Shown here one piece after another: positions 1-9,297 of a DNA stretch of 35,501 nucleotides. The notes below the pieces were generated by a model that did not search any database, was not told the origin of the DNA, and was given only the letters and a program-made list of their open reading frames with translations. The stretch is from Candidatus Iainarchaeum sp. (lineage in GTDB: Archaea > Iainarchaeota > Iainarchaeia > Iainarchaeales > JAFCCJ01). Location: the NCBI GenBank assembly GCA_043816965.1, contig JBDRHK010000022.1, positions 1 to 35,501 on the forward strand, in the 5' to 3' direction. Each line of letters opens with the position of its first letter. Position 1 is the stretch's first letter. Position numbers and translations under genes: made by a program.

Positions 1-459
1 AGTGATTCACGGCCTGAGGAAAAGGCCCACGAAATGCTTGATTATTATGTGAATGACAGGGTTGAGCATCTGGGCCTGGAAATAATCCCTGCCATGAACA
101 AGGGAAAAATCGTTTTATGCGACCGTTACAAATACTCAACAATAGTTTATCAATTTGCACAGGGCCTTCCCCTGGTTAAACTAATTCGCCTGCATGAAAA
201 GATGCTAATCCCTGACCTGGTGCTTATTTTTGATGTCCCCTCAGAAATCGCGCTGGAAAGGATAGTGAAGGACAAGAAAAGGGATTTGATTGAGAAATTC
301 GAGAAAAAGGATTTCTTGGATAGGGTGAGAAACAAATTCCTGGATTTGCCCAATTTCCTGCTCGGCGAAAACATAAAAATAATTGACGCCTCAAAATCAA
401 TTGATGAGGTCTTTGAGGAAACCAAAAACGAGATTGACAAACTACTGAAACTGCCATAG
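1..459 (+). CDS. tmk: Thymidylate (dTMP) kinase, 5'-truncated by window edge
   Basis: Frame is open from base 1. Motifs DRxEH, IVLCDRYxxSTxVYQ, PDLVLIFDV, FEKKDFL and IIDA match the dTMP kinase C-terminal two-thirds. Confidence 0.92.
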   Translation, partial: SDSRPEEKAHEMLDYYVNDRVEHLGLEIIPAMNKGKIVLCDRYKYSTIVYQFAQGLPLVKLIRLHEKMLIPDLVLIFDVPSEIALERIVKDKKRDLIEKFEKKDFLDRVRNKFLDLPNFLLGENIKIIDASKSIDEVFEETKNEIDKLLKLP

Positions 460-1064
460 TGAAAAAGATGAAAAAATCAAATCTGGCCAGAGAAAAACCC
501 GGGTGCAGAATATCCCGAAAGTGGGCGTATAACCGATTTGGAGAATACAAGACCCCCCACAAAGTCATTGTCCATTCCGTAATTATGGCAAGACTTGCAA
601 GGAATCTAGCACGACAGGCTCAGAAATCAAAAGGATTAAAATCAGAAATAACCCCGACGCATTTCCACAGGGCAGGATTACTGCATGATGTGACAAAAAA
701 AGCTAATGAGTCCAACCCAGGACATCCTTGGGTTAGTGGGAAGGAATTTTTTGAGAAAGATGCCGAAGTTGCAAAATTAATATGCTATCACGACTATAAA
801 AATATTGGCCGTGATGACCTTACATTCGACCAGAAATTATTCATTTATTGTGATTTGCGTGTTCTCGGTGGAAATTTGGTTCCTCTTGAAGAAAGATTTG
901 AAAAAATCAAGGAAAGCACACTGGCACGGGGACGAGAAAATGATGCTAATATCGAATACATCAAACGTAGTTTGCGTGAAACAGACGAAGCCTTTGAAGC
1001 GGCAAGAAAATTTGAGGAATTGCTTGTAAAGAACGGAATTAACATTAGCCCCAGATTTCATTGA
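459..1064 (+). CDS. HD-domain (HDIG-like) metal-dependent phosphohydrolase
   Basis: HS...AGLLHDVTK...H...YHD...YCDLR pattern. GTG start overlaps the tmk stop. Basic N-terminus. Confidence 0.75.
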   Translation: MKKMKKSNLAREKPGCRISRKWAYNRFGEYKTPHKVIVHSVIMARLARNLARQAQKSKGLKSEITPTHFHRAGLLHDVTKKANESNPGHPWVSGKEFFEKDAEVAKLICYHDYKNIGRDDLTFDQKLFIYCDLRVLGGNLVPLEERFEKIKESTLARGRENDANIEYIKRSLRETDEAFEAARKFEELLVKNGINISPRFH

Positions 1065-1069
1065 TTTTC

Positions 1070-1101
1070 CGCACCGGAAACGCACTCCCGAAACTATTAA
1101 T
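1070..1101 (+). promoter_or_regulatory. CGCACCGGAAAC motif copy 1 plus BRE/TATA-like element
   Basis: 12-mer at 1070-1081, then CCCGAAA and TATTAAT (1095-1101). ATG 56 bp after motif start. Confidence 0.75.
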
Positions 1102-1125
1102 CAACCCCTAATTTCTATTATTTGA

Positions 1126-2112
1126 ATGACTGAAAATTTATTTCTCTCTCTAAAAAAAGGAGAACAGAAAAAGATATTAAGATTTTTAAAAAATAAACTT
1201 GGATTAAGCTGGGATAAAATCGCCGATAATTTGAATGTCAACAGAAGCATGGTCTTCTTTTATTTACGTGAAACTTGTAGGTTGCCCTATTCAAAATATT
1301 TGTTTCTTTGCAATCAGGCAAATGTTCCGCCAAAAGACTTTTTGAATGGAGAAATCGTAGAGATAAAAGGCGGCATAAATAAAGCCAAGAAGCCCCGCAA
1401 TAGTAAAAGATTCTTTGAATTTTTAGGCGCCATGTATGGGGACGGATGTTTAACTTCAGGTTATTGTGTAGCTTTAACCTGTAATGCAATTTCAGATAAG
1501 AAATATGTATTAGACAATTTTTCCAGGAATTTTTCAAAATTATTTGGGATGGAACTGGCAATAAGGATCCAACATAATGCGATACATTGCAGAACTTACT
1601 CAAAAGATATATTTCATTATCTTTCAAAATCTGGTTTCCCAATAGGCAAGAAGAAAAATAGAATGAGGATCCCGTCGATAGTTAAGTCTAATCGAGAGTA
1701 TTCAAAAACTTTCTTGAGAGGGCTTTTTGACACTGATGGCGGATTTCACAGACACAATCCAAAATCAGCAAAAGTTGAATTTACAAGTTATAGTAAAGAA
1801 TTTTTGAAGGATGTTCAAGATCTTCTCGGTTCTCTGGGATTCACGCCGGTAAAAATTGGAAATTGTTGTTATATAATGTCTAAACAAGGGATAGGCCAAT
1901 TTTTTAATGAAATTAAGCCTAATAACCCAAAACATAATTATAAGTACAAAAAATACAAAGAGGAAGGTCAAGTGCCAAGGCACAGGGATATAGACTATGA
2001 AAACATAGATTTTTTCAGAATAATCTGTGAGGATGATGCGACCGTCGGGACTCGAACCCGAAACAGAAGCTTGGGAAGCTCCGATGTTGCCATTACACCA
2101 CGATCGCCATAA
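1126..2112 (+). CDS. Free-standing two-motif LAGLIDADG endonuclease-like protein with N-terminal HTH
   Basis: FFEFLGAMYGDG and FLRGLFDTDG motifs. HTH-like LSWDKIADNLNVNRSMV. Last ~25 codons run antisense through tRNA-Gly. Confidence 0.85.
   Translation: MTENLFLSLKKGEQKKILRFLKNKLGLSWDKIADNLNVNRSMVFFYLRETCRLPYSKYLFLCNQANVPPKDFLNGEIVEIKGGINKAKKPRNSKRFFEFLGAMYGDGCLTSGYCVALTCNAISDKKYVLDNFSRNFSKLFGMELAIRIQHNAIHCRTYSKDIFHYLSKSGFPIGKKKNRMRIPSIVKSNREYSKTFLRGLFDTDGGFHRHNPKSAKVEFTSYSKEFLKDVQDLLGSLGFTPVKIGNCCYIMSKQGIGQFFNEIKPNNPKHNYKYKKYKEEGQVPRHRDIDYENIDFFRIICEDDATVGTRTRNRSLGSSDVAITPRSP
2037..2107 (-). tRNA. tRNA-Gly(CCC)
   Basis: Reverse complement GCGATCGTGGTGTAATGGCAACATCGGAGCTTCCCAAGCTTCTGTTTCGGGTTCGAGTCCCGACGGTCGCA folds as a cloverleaf. 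Anticodon CCC, no encoded CCA. Confidence 0.95.
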
Positions 2113-2143
2113 TGAACCACTACACTACGGCTGCATCATAAAA

Positions 2144-2157
2144 CTTTCGCGCGAAAG
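2144..2157. promoter_or_regulatory. Perfect palindrome CTTTCGCGCGAAAG, probably back-to-back BREs of divergent promoters
   Basis: 14-bp palindrome flanked by TTTTATGA (minus, toward the tRNA) and TTTAATT (plus, toward ORF 2189). Confidence 0.5.
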
Positions 2158-2188
2158 CCATTTAATTGTTTTACCCCCTCAATTTTGA

Positions 2189-2599
2189 ATGGTGGAAGCA
2201 TCTATTGAAAAGAAGGCTCTTGCCCTGAGAAAAGAAATGCTCAGGACAAGGATGCCCGCACCTCGAGCGAAATATGTCCTTTTCTGTCTGAAAAATAGTG
2301 TAGAGGTTGTTGTTAGTAATAATAAGCCAAATGTAATTGATTTGAGCCCTGGGAAAAGAGAAAGAATTACTCTTGGTCGAGAAGATATTCTGACTGGCTT
2401 ACTGAAATTGCAACGTAAGGGCGAAGCAGATGCTGGATTAAAGTATGCTGAACAGGTGCTTAAGCACGGCTTTATGCTCAACGCTTTTGGATATCTGGCT
2501 AATCTCTCAAAAAGCCAAGAACTTTCCTTTAACAGGCTGACCCAGAAAAATCGGAAAAGACAGGGCGGAAGGCCGGGCATACACAAGAGGCCCCTGTAG
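2189..2599 (+). CDS. Hypothetical basic protein
   Basis: 136-aa ORF with TATA-like element upstream. No recognised motif. Confidence 0.55.
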   Translation: MVEASIEKKALALRKEMLRTRMPAPRAKYVLFCLKNSVEVVVSNNKPNVIDLSPGKRERITLGREDILTGLLKLQRKGEADAGLKYAEQVLKHGFMLNAFGYLANLSKSQELSFNRLTQKNRKRQGGRPGIHKRPL

Positions 2600-2655
2600 A
2601 AAAATACCGAATACAATTTAGCTGAATTTTTAAGCTTTAATCACCCAATTATCCA

Positions 2656-3786
2656 ATGGACGAGCTAAAACTGATTTACCTGATTAATTTCCTCAGGAGA
2701 GTTTTTATATTCTCCACCCAATTCTACCTCCCCTTCTATTTTCTTGAGCTAGGTTTTAACGGTCTGGAAGTGGGTGTGCTTTTTGCATTTTTTGCAATCC
2801 CCTCCCTGCTTACAACCCTCCCCACAGGCCTTTTAAACGACAGGTTCACGGTTAAAAAACTGATTTTTTTCGGCCTTCTTATGCTAATGGTACATTACAT
2901 AGGCCTTGCATTAACCAATTCCTTTTTCCTGATGGCAATAATTCTTTTCATAGGGGGACTGGGGAACAACATCTCTGAAACCTCGATAAGCTCATTTGTC
3001 CTGAAAAAGGTAAAAGGCGAAAAGGGGAAGGAATTCAGCATCTACACTTCGGCAAATTTTCTTGGTGTTGCATCAGGCTTTCTCATTGGGGGGATCCTCC
3101 TACAGTTCCTCCCGTTCACAACAGTTTTCTGGATTCTTGCCGCACTTTATTTCCTGCTCCTGTTCCTTACAATTCCCCTCTCTGAAACAATCTTCCACCG
3201 CGAGGAATTGGGAAAATATAAGTCAGACCTGATGAACCGCAATGTCCTTGTTTTTGCCCTGATACTTTTCCTTTTCTCCTTGCACTGGGGCGCGGAAAGG
3301 GTTTCTTATTCCCCGTTCTTAAGGGAAGTTTTAAATCTAAACTTTTTTGAATCCGCAATTTATATGACAATCCCCTTGATTGCCCTTGCTGCAGTAGTGC
3401 TTATTCTTGGGAGGAAAATCGATAAAGTAAAAAGTGTGAGAAAATATTTCTTTGCAGCAATCCTCCTCAGCGGTCTTGGGCACATCGCAATGACAATTCC
3501 CGACCTTGGTATCTCATTCATTTTCAGAGTAGTCCATGAAATTGGCGATGGAGTTCTTGACCTTGTTGTGCTGATAGGAATTGCAAAACTTTTCAAAGAT
3601 GCAAGAATAGGCGGCAATTCCTCATTTATTTTCCTTATGGCAACAGTTGGCCTGTTCATTGGCTCCCTAATCTTCGGGCCAATAGCTGAAATCTACGGCC
3701 ATTCAGCACCCTTAGTAATTTCAGGAATTATTTCGTTAGTTGCGTTAGTGATCGCATTCTTTGGAATGGACTGGATAAAGAAATAA
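2656..3786 (+). CDS. MFS transporter
   Basis: About 12 hydrophobic segments. GLLNDRFTVKK resembles MFS motif A. Confidence 0.88.
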   Translation: MDELKLIYLINFLRRVFIFSTQFYLPFYFLELGFNGLEVGVLFAFFAIPSLLTTLPTGLLNDRFTVKKLIFFGLLMLMVHYIGLALTNSFFLMAIILFIGGLGNNISETSISSFVLKKVKGEKGKEFSIYTSANFLGVASGFLIGGILLQFLPFTTVFWILAALYFLLLFLTIPLSETIFHREELGKYKSDLMNRNVLVFALILFLFSLHWGAERVSYSPFLREVLNLNFFESAIYMTIPLIALAAVVLILGRKIDKVKSVRKYFFAAILLSGLGHIAMTIPDLGISFIFRVVHEIGDGVLDLVVLIGIAKLFKDARIGGNSSFIFLMATVGLFIGSLIFGPIAEIYGHSAPLVISGIISLVALVIAFFGMDWIKK

Positions 3787-3789
3787 ATT

Positions 3790-3855
3790 GGCGAGGCCGA
3801 AAGCCGAGCATGGCCTCCCGAAGGGGGCCGTTCCGTCAACCCGAATAGGGGTTGA
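3790..3855. repeat. GC-rich triple-hairpin element (REP-like or bidirectional terminator)
   Basis: GC-GA-GGC-CGAAA-GCC-GA-GC, GGCCTCC-CGAA-GGGGGCC and TCAACCC-GAATAG-GGGTTGA lie between the convergent MFS and tRNA genes. Related to 19661-19718. Confidence 0.6.
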
Positions 3856-3856
3856 A

Positions 3857-3927
3857 TGCGACCGCCGGGGGTCGAACCCGGGTCAGAACCTTGGCAAGGT
3901 CCTATCCTACCACTAGACTACGATCGC
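3857..3927 (-). tRNA. tRNA-Gly(GCC)
   Basis: Reverse complement GCGATCGTAGTCTAGTGGTAGGATAGGACCTTGCCAAGGTTCTGACCCGGGTTCGACCCCCGGCGGTCGCA. Anticodon GCC. Confidence 0.96.
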
Positions 3928-3985
3928 TCTAATTAGATAAAAAAGCAATAATATTTTTCTGAAAGGAAAGCCTTTAAAACAAATT

Positions 3986-5701
3986 TCAGGTTCTTTTCCT
4001 CATAAAAAAGAGTTGTTGTACTATTGCCATGGCAATTATTCCCACTACAACCCCAATTCCTATGAATGTAGGCCACTGCCGCCCAAGCAATTCCTCAATC
4101 AGGTTTTTTGGCTCGGGTTTTGGCGGCATTTCCCCATTTTTGAAAACCGCGAGGGAATTATCCTCCCCAATATCAATCCTGTAAATCTCCGGGGGCTTTG
4201 CGCCTATTTTAACGTAGAGTGTTCCTGGGACAAAATCCTTGAAAGAATAGGAAAATGTTTGCCTTCTTTTCCCGGGAATCGTCTCCTCATACTCTGTAAA
4301 CGCCCCTGAATAATTCAGTTCAATTGGAATCCTGCCCTCATTCAGGCCACTGTTATAGAATGTAATCTTAATGGTTAAGCCCTCAGCGTCAATAGTAGGA
4401 ACAACACTCTCAATCTCCATTAATGCCTCCACCTGCTCCCCAGCATAATAGGGATAAACATCAATGCCCCCTGAAAAATTCTGGTCCATTCCCTGCAAAC
4501 TGAAGGAATAGCGTTTCTTGAAACCATCATCCCCGTTTAGTGGGGCATAAATTTCCCAGGAAATTGTTTTGGTTTCCTGCGGTTTCAGCCAAACCAGCCT
4601 CTTTTCATCACCGAACTCAAAATCCTCGTGCATTGAGAGGCTTAAAGGATAGATAATGTGTTTTTCTGTTTTGTTTTCAATAACTGCATTGATGTCAAAG
4701 AGCTGGTTCAGGTAAAGGAAATCAGGCGCAGAAACTTCCATAGAGGTAATCCCCTCAAAGAATTCAACCGAATTTATCTCGACCTCCGGCTCCAGGAGCT
4801 GGGTTGAGACAGTTATCGGCCTTCTGCTTCTCAGGGTAACAATCAGGTTTACCATTGCATTTGCATCGGCCTCTTTTGCGAGTGAAATATGGGTTCCATC
4901 AAGATAGCCAGATTCCCCATATGTGGAATCAACCCCGGCCCAAGTATCTCCTGCCAGTGCCTCAATCCAGCCATGGTTGCCGAATTTCTCCCCGTCAAAA
5001 CTAATTCCTGAGACATATCTTGCAGGAATTCCCTTAATCCTCAGGAACGCCCCGCTGAGATTTGCGAATTCATCACAAACCCCTTTCCTGCTTAGATAGG
5101 TTTCTTTCGCACTCCATGTCCCCCCATAGTAATCATAATCATATTCGATGTTCCTGTTTACCCATTCAGCAATATCTCGCATCGCCAGAATTCCTGATTC
5201 AGATGCAAATTCCAGCTCTGCCTTTTGAATAAGCTCTGAGTCATTGGATTCAATATTTTCGGTATTCCAGATGAATTTCTGCAGGGCGGGAGTAATCTTG
5301 ACAGGGAGGCTGAAATCCCCCACCATTCCTGGCAAGGATTCAGTAACTATGTCGGCATTTATCTCAACCGTAAAGTCCCTGCTGTTTTTGAATCTCTGCA
5401 AATCGCTCACATCAAATGAGGCATACTTGTTACCGTTGTCAATCTCATACCTTGGCCTGAAAACCTCATCGCCAATAAGCAGTTTCTCATCAATACCGGT
5501 TATCTTGTGGTCCAATGTGTCTGAAAAGGTGAGCATGCTCACAATCATTAAGTCACCATCGCCAATATTGCCCTCAATAGTCCCTGTGGCACGCAATTTC
5601 ACGGAAACATCAAGGGATTTTACTTTGTTAGGCGCAAATGCATTTGTGTTTGCTGAAAGTGCCAGAAGCAAAATCAGGATAATGGCAATTGATTTCTTCA
5701 T
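3986..5701 (-). CDS. Secreted, membrane-anchored transglutaminase-like (Cys protease fold) protein
   Basis: Signal peptide MKKSIAIILILLL (ATG at 5701 overlaps the upstream stop). GVCDEF / HGWIE / VDST Cys-His-Asp triad. Ig-like region and C-terminal TM. Confidence 0.85.
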   Translation of the reverse strand: MKKSIAIILILLLALSANTNAFAPNKVKSLDVSVKLRATGTIEGNIGDGDLMIVSMLTFSDTLDHKITGIDEKLLIGDEVFRPRYEIDNGNKYASFDVSDLQRFKNSRDFTVEINADIVTESLPGMVGDFSLPVKITPALQKFIWNTENIESNDSELIQKAELEFASESGILAMRDIAEWVNRNIEYDYDYYGGTWSAKETYLSRKGVCDEFANLSGAFLRIKGIPARYVSGISFDGEKFGNHGWIEALAGDTWAGVDSTYGESGYLDGTHISLAKEADANAMVNLIVTLRSRRPITVSTQLLEPEVEINSVEFFEGITSMEVSAPDFLYLNQLFDINAVIENKTEKHIIYPLSLSMHEDFEFGDEKRLVWLKPQETKTISWEIYAPLNGDDGFKKRYSFSLQGMDQNFSGGIDVYPYYAGEQVEALMEIESVVPTIDAEGLTIKITFYNSGLNEGRIPIELNYSGAFTEYEETIPGKRRQTFSYSFKDFVPGTLYVKIGAKPPEIYRIDIGEDNSLAVFKNGEMPPKPEPKNLIEELLGRQWPTFIGIGVVVGIIAMAIVQQLFFMRKRT

Positions 5702-8700
5702 TTTGACACGCCTTTCTTGAGTAAAGCCCTCATCCATGTCCTAAGGTTACTTCCCAAAAAGCCAAGCACAAGGAGTATGGCGATCTGAATTATCAGGACA
5801 GATACTGATGCAATTGACCCCATAAACACATACAAAAGTGCAGGAATAGCGCCGAAAAGTATTGAAAATACAATCCTGCCCCCGAACCTCAAGATTCTCA
5901 ATGGCATGTTTTTCATGTCCGTTACTGCGGGAATGAAATAACTTGTTTCAATAAATGCAAGGACTGTAATTAGTATATACGCCATTATGAAAAGCAGAAC
6001 AAAGAGCATATTTTGCCTAACCAGATCCTCATCCAGGATAATTATTGCCTGGTTTGGCAGCACGAAAACAGTTTCAGATTCCTTGCGCCCGCGGAACGTT
6101 TTCTCCAGAGTATATTTCCCTACATGGACATTAATCAGTATCTGGCCGGTCTCCCTCACCTGGAATGCTAATTCCCCCTTTTCATCTGATTCCATTTCCT
6201 GTTTCTTTCCTGATGCATAAATAACTTTGGCCCTGAAAGGGACGGTTTTGCCGCTTTTTTCGTTAAACAAAACAATGTGCTGGTCATCGCCGATTTTAAC
6301 AGTTGAGCTGTAGTCGATACGCCAGTTGTTGCTCTGTGCATCCAATGGGTCTGTTCCTTCCTCAACCTCATCATAATCATTTACCAAATCCCCGTCAGTA
6401 TCCGCAAGATAGAGGTCAGTCCCTGCCTGTAACTCGTCCCAATCGCTTAAGCCATCTCCGTCACTGTCCAGCTGTCTCAGCATTTCCTCATCCAACTTAT
6501 CTGTTGCAATGCACCTGCCACCAACACAATGGGTGCCTTTATTGCACACTTTAATGGCTTTTTCCTTGTCATTGCAGTCCCTGTCCTTTGGAACCCCGTC
6601 GCCGTCCTCATCGTTTGGATCCTTTTCTCCACCCCCTCCTGGTGAGCCTGAATACTGTTCTGGTGGCCTGCAGCCAGGTATTGGTGTGTGTTGGCAGTAT
6701 GCTGCTGGCAATCCCTGGTTGAAGCATTCATCTATTGTACAATCGCTGCTATCAGCACAGCTCCCCGCACTAAAGCATGCGGGGCTTATGCAGGTTCCAG
6801 TGCTGCAAACTTCCAGAACACCACACGTAACATCACCTGGGCAGGTTGAGCAATCCTCTCCGGAATCAACAGAACCATTGCCGCAGTTTGCCGCACAATC
6901 AGGGTCCTCACCCGAGGTACATCCTGACGGGCATGCACCATCGTCATCACCACAAATAGCGGCAACATTTTCGCACAATGCCGCACAGCTCGAGGGGTTT
7001 AAACAGGTATCAATTGTTGCCGGATTTCCATCATCACATGCGGCATCATCCCCGCAAGGGATTCTATGCACAGCAGAACAGCAGAAACCATCCACATATG
7101 CGGTTCCCCCACAATCACATCTTGAGCTAATTTCCCCATCAGGACATATGGCGCAGGCAAGATCCCCATCAGCACAATCCTGGTCAATCCCATCCAGGCA
7201 AATTTCAGTTGTTGGCTCAATCGAACCAGAGCACTCCCCCCATAATCCGGCATTGCATGTTTCTGTTCCGGCAATGCATGCACCAACATCAGTCCCACAA
7301 ATCCTGGTAACTTCATTATCTATAGTTTCGTCACAGTCATTATCGAGATTGTCACAGATTTCATCAATCGGGCTAACACTCCCTTCGCATGGCCCCCAGA
7401 CAGCACTTGAACAGGTCTGGATTCCGGTGCTGCATTCTCCAAGATCACTCCCGCAGGTTCTGGTGGTGCCGTTAACACAGCTGCAGCCCTCATCAGTTAT
7501 CCCGTCACAGTCATTGTCCAGGTTGTCGCAGTAGGCCGGTGAGGTTTCATCTAGGGCATAATCCGAGCCATAATCACACGGGCTCCAGCCAGTTGTGCCC
7601 TGGCACACCCTGTCTGAGCTTGCCCCGACACACACTCCCTGGTTCAATGGGCAACTTGGCGGTGTCAGGCTTTCATCTGTAGAACCATCACAGTCATTGT
7701 CCAAACCATCGCAGGTTTCGGTTGAAGGCAAAATCTGCCCGATGCAGTTTGACCACTGGCCAGAAACGCAGATTCTTTCTCCTTGCTCACAAACCCCGAC
7801 ATCGCTTCCGCACGCCTGCCTCGTGCCGTTAACACAGCTGCAGCCCTCATCAGTTATCCCGTCACAGTCATTGTCCAGGTTGTCGCAGTAGGCTGTTGTC
7901 TCAATCGCCACATAACTTGCCCCGTAATTTGTTGCCGTGCATGTCAGCCATCCCTGCGAGCCACCGCAGGTTCTTGTTGCCCCGGCACAAACCCCCTGAA
8001 TAAGCGAGCAGGAAGGCGCAATAAGTCCCTCATCAATGGAAGCATCACAGTCATTGTCCAAACCATCGCAGATTTCTGTTGAGGGCAGAATTGCCGAGCA
8101 CGAGCCCCAGCTTCCCTGGATGCAGGTCCTTGTTCCCATTGCGCATTGCCCGACATCAGTGACTCCGCAGGCTTGCGAGATCCCGGTGATGCATTCACAT
8201 TCCTCATCAACAGAGCCGTCACAGTCATTGTCCAGGTTGTCGCAGTATAAATTGGTCTCAACAGCAACATAACTTGCCCCGTAATTTGTTGCCGTACATG
8301 TCAGCCAGCCGCTTGTGCCCCCGCAGGTCCTTATTGAGCCGGCACAAACCCCCTGTTGTCTGGAACAAAAAGGCGCAGTAAGTCCCTCATCAGTAGAAGC
8401 ATCACAGTCATTGTCCAAACCATCGCAGATTTCGGTTAATGGGGGAATCTCCCCTATACATTCCGTGCCCCAGTCCCCATCTTCACACAAATAGTATCCC
8501 GCCTGGCACAGGCCGGCATCTGTTCCACAAATATCTGTTGTTCCATCAATGCAATTACATCCGGGGTCTGTGATATTGTCACAATTGTTGTCAATCCCGT
8601 CACAAACTTCGGTAGCCCCAGGGTTTATTCCAACCCCTGTTATTGGGGTATCGTCGCAGTCTGCTGAGGAAAATGAGCATATTGCTGAAGCAGGAAAACC

Positions 8701-9294
8701 ATAACCATCCCCGTCGTTATCATAACAAATCTCTGTTGACACAGAGCCGCCGATTACTGTCACTGAAATCCGCTGTGAATTGGGGTCGCCCACAATCACA
8801 TTTAAGAAGCTCAAGGCGCTTGTCCCTGGCGTATCTGCGTAGAACCTGATGGTTGCAAGCACACCATTGCCCGTAACACCGTTAGGAATATTCCTTGTGC
8901 ATGAAATTTTACCGATAGAGCCTGTCCCCATTACCCACTGGCTTGAGGAATTGCAGTACTGCTCCCCGGCAGTTCTGGATCCCAAAACAGTGTCGGAAAA
9001 AGTTATGCTCTGAAAGTTGAGCCTTGAATCATTGTAAAGTAAATCAAACTGATAGCCATAAATGTTTGGGACATTATCAACCCTTATATTAACATTAAAG
9101 CTATTCCCTACTTCAATGGTTTGTGTTTGCGGGGAAATTGAAAAAGTGGGGGTTCCCTGGAAAATAAGCGTAAAGAAGCCCTGGTTTAAGCCCGGGGAAA
9201 CAGAGATGAGAAGAATAAAAATTGCCAAAATAGCCGCTAAAAAAACCGCGAAATAAGTAAGTTTTGAATAACTCTCCGGCATGTCATAGCCCAC
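5698..9294 (-). CDS. Large surface protein: cohesin domain, Cys-rich EICDGLDNDCD repeats, TSP3-like Ca repeats and C-terminal TMs
   Basis: N-terminal TM. Cohesin-like VGNSFNVNIRVDNVPNIYGYQFDLLYN. About 9 MopE-like CDxxDNxCD repeats, DSDGDGLSDWDE and 3-4 terminal TM helices. Start is 9294 (GTG) or 9282 (ATG). Confidence 0.8.
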   Translation of the reverse strand: MGYDMPESYSKLTYFAVFLAAILAIFILLISVSPGLNQGFFTLIFQGTPTFSISPQTQTIEVGNSFNVNIRVDNVPNIYGYQFDLLYNDSRLNFQSITFSDTVLGSRTAGEQYCNSSSQWVMGTGSIGKISCTRNIPNGVTGNGVLATIRFYADTPGTSALSFLNVIVGDPNSQRISVTVIGGSVSTEICYDNDGDGYGFPASAICSFSSADCDDTPITGVGINPGATEVCDGIDNNCDNITDPGCNCIDGTTDICGTDAGLCQAGYYLCEDGDWGTECIGEIPPLTEICDGLDNDCDASTDEGLTAPFCSRQQGVCAGSIRTCGGTSGWLTCTATNYGASYVAVETNLYCDNLDNDCDGSVDEECECITGISQACGVTDVGQCAMGTRTCIQGSWGSCSAILPSTEICDGLDNDCDASIDEGLIAPSCSLIQGVCAGATRTCGGSQGWLTCTATNYGASYVAIETTAYCDNLDNDCDGITDEGCSCVNGTRQACGSDVGVCEQGERICVSGQWSNCIGQILPSTETCDGLDNDCDGSTDESLTPPSCPLNQGVCVGASSDRVCQGTTGWSPCDYGSDYALDETSPAYCDNLDNDCDGITDEGCSCVNGTTRTCGSDLGECSTGIQTCSSAVWGPCEGSVSPIDEICDNLDNDCDETIDNEVTRICGTDVGACIAGTETCNAGLWGECSGSIEPTTEICLDGIDQDCADGDLACAICPDGEISSRCDCGGTAYVDGFCCSAVHRIPCGDDAACDDGNPATIDTCLNPSSCAALCENVAAICGDDDGACPSGCTSGEDPDCAANCGNGSVDSGEDCSTCPGDVTCGVLEVCSTGTCISPACFSAGSCADSSDCTIDECFNQGLPAAYCQHTPIPGCRPPEQYSGSPGGGGEKDPNDEDGDGVPKDRDCNDKEKAIKVCNKGTHCVGGRCIATDKLDEEMLRQLDSDGDGLSDWDELQAGTDLYLADTDGDLVNDYDEVEEGTDPLDAQSNNWRIDYSSTVKIGDDQHIVLFNEKSGKTVPFRAKVIYASGKKQEMESDEKGELAFQVRETGQILINVHVGKYTLEKTFRGRKESETVFVLPNQAIIILDEDLVRQNMLFVLLFIMAYILITVLAFIETSYFIPAVTDMKNMPLRILRFGGRIVFSILFGAIPALLYVFMGSIASVSVLIIQIAILLVLGFLGSNLRTWMRALLKKGVSK
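7466..8310 (-). repeat. 357-bp-period intragenic tandem repeat
   Basis: 7466-7536 is identical to 7823-7893 (71 nt). The block starting at 7911 recurs at 8268. Both offsets are 357 nt (119 aa). Confidence 0.85.
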
Positions 9295-9297
9295 ACT

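Noticed and set aside
2037..3927. Two tRNA-Gly ends as attL/attR of an integrated element
   Set aside because: Both are complete tRNAs with different anticodons. The shared ends reflect Gly identity elements, and no integrase lies between them.
6509..7534. 341-aa plus-strand ORF
   Set aside because: Antisense shadow of the Cys-rich repeat gene with no independent motifs.
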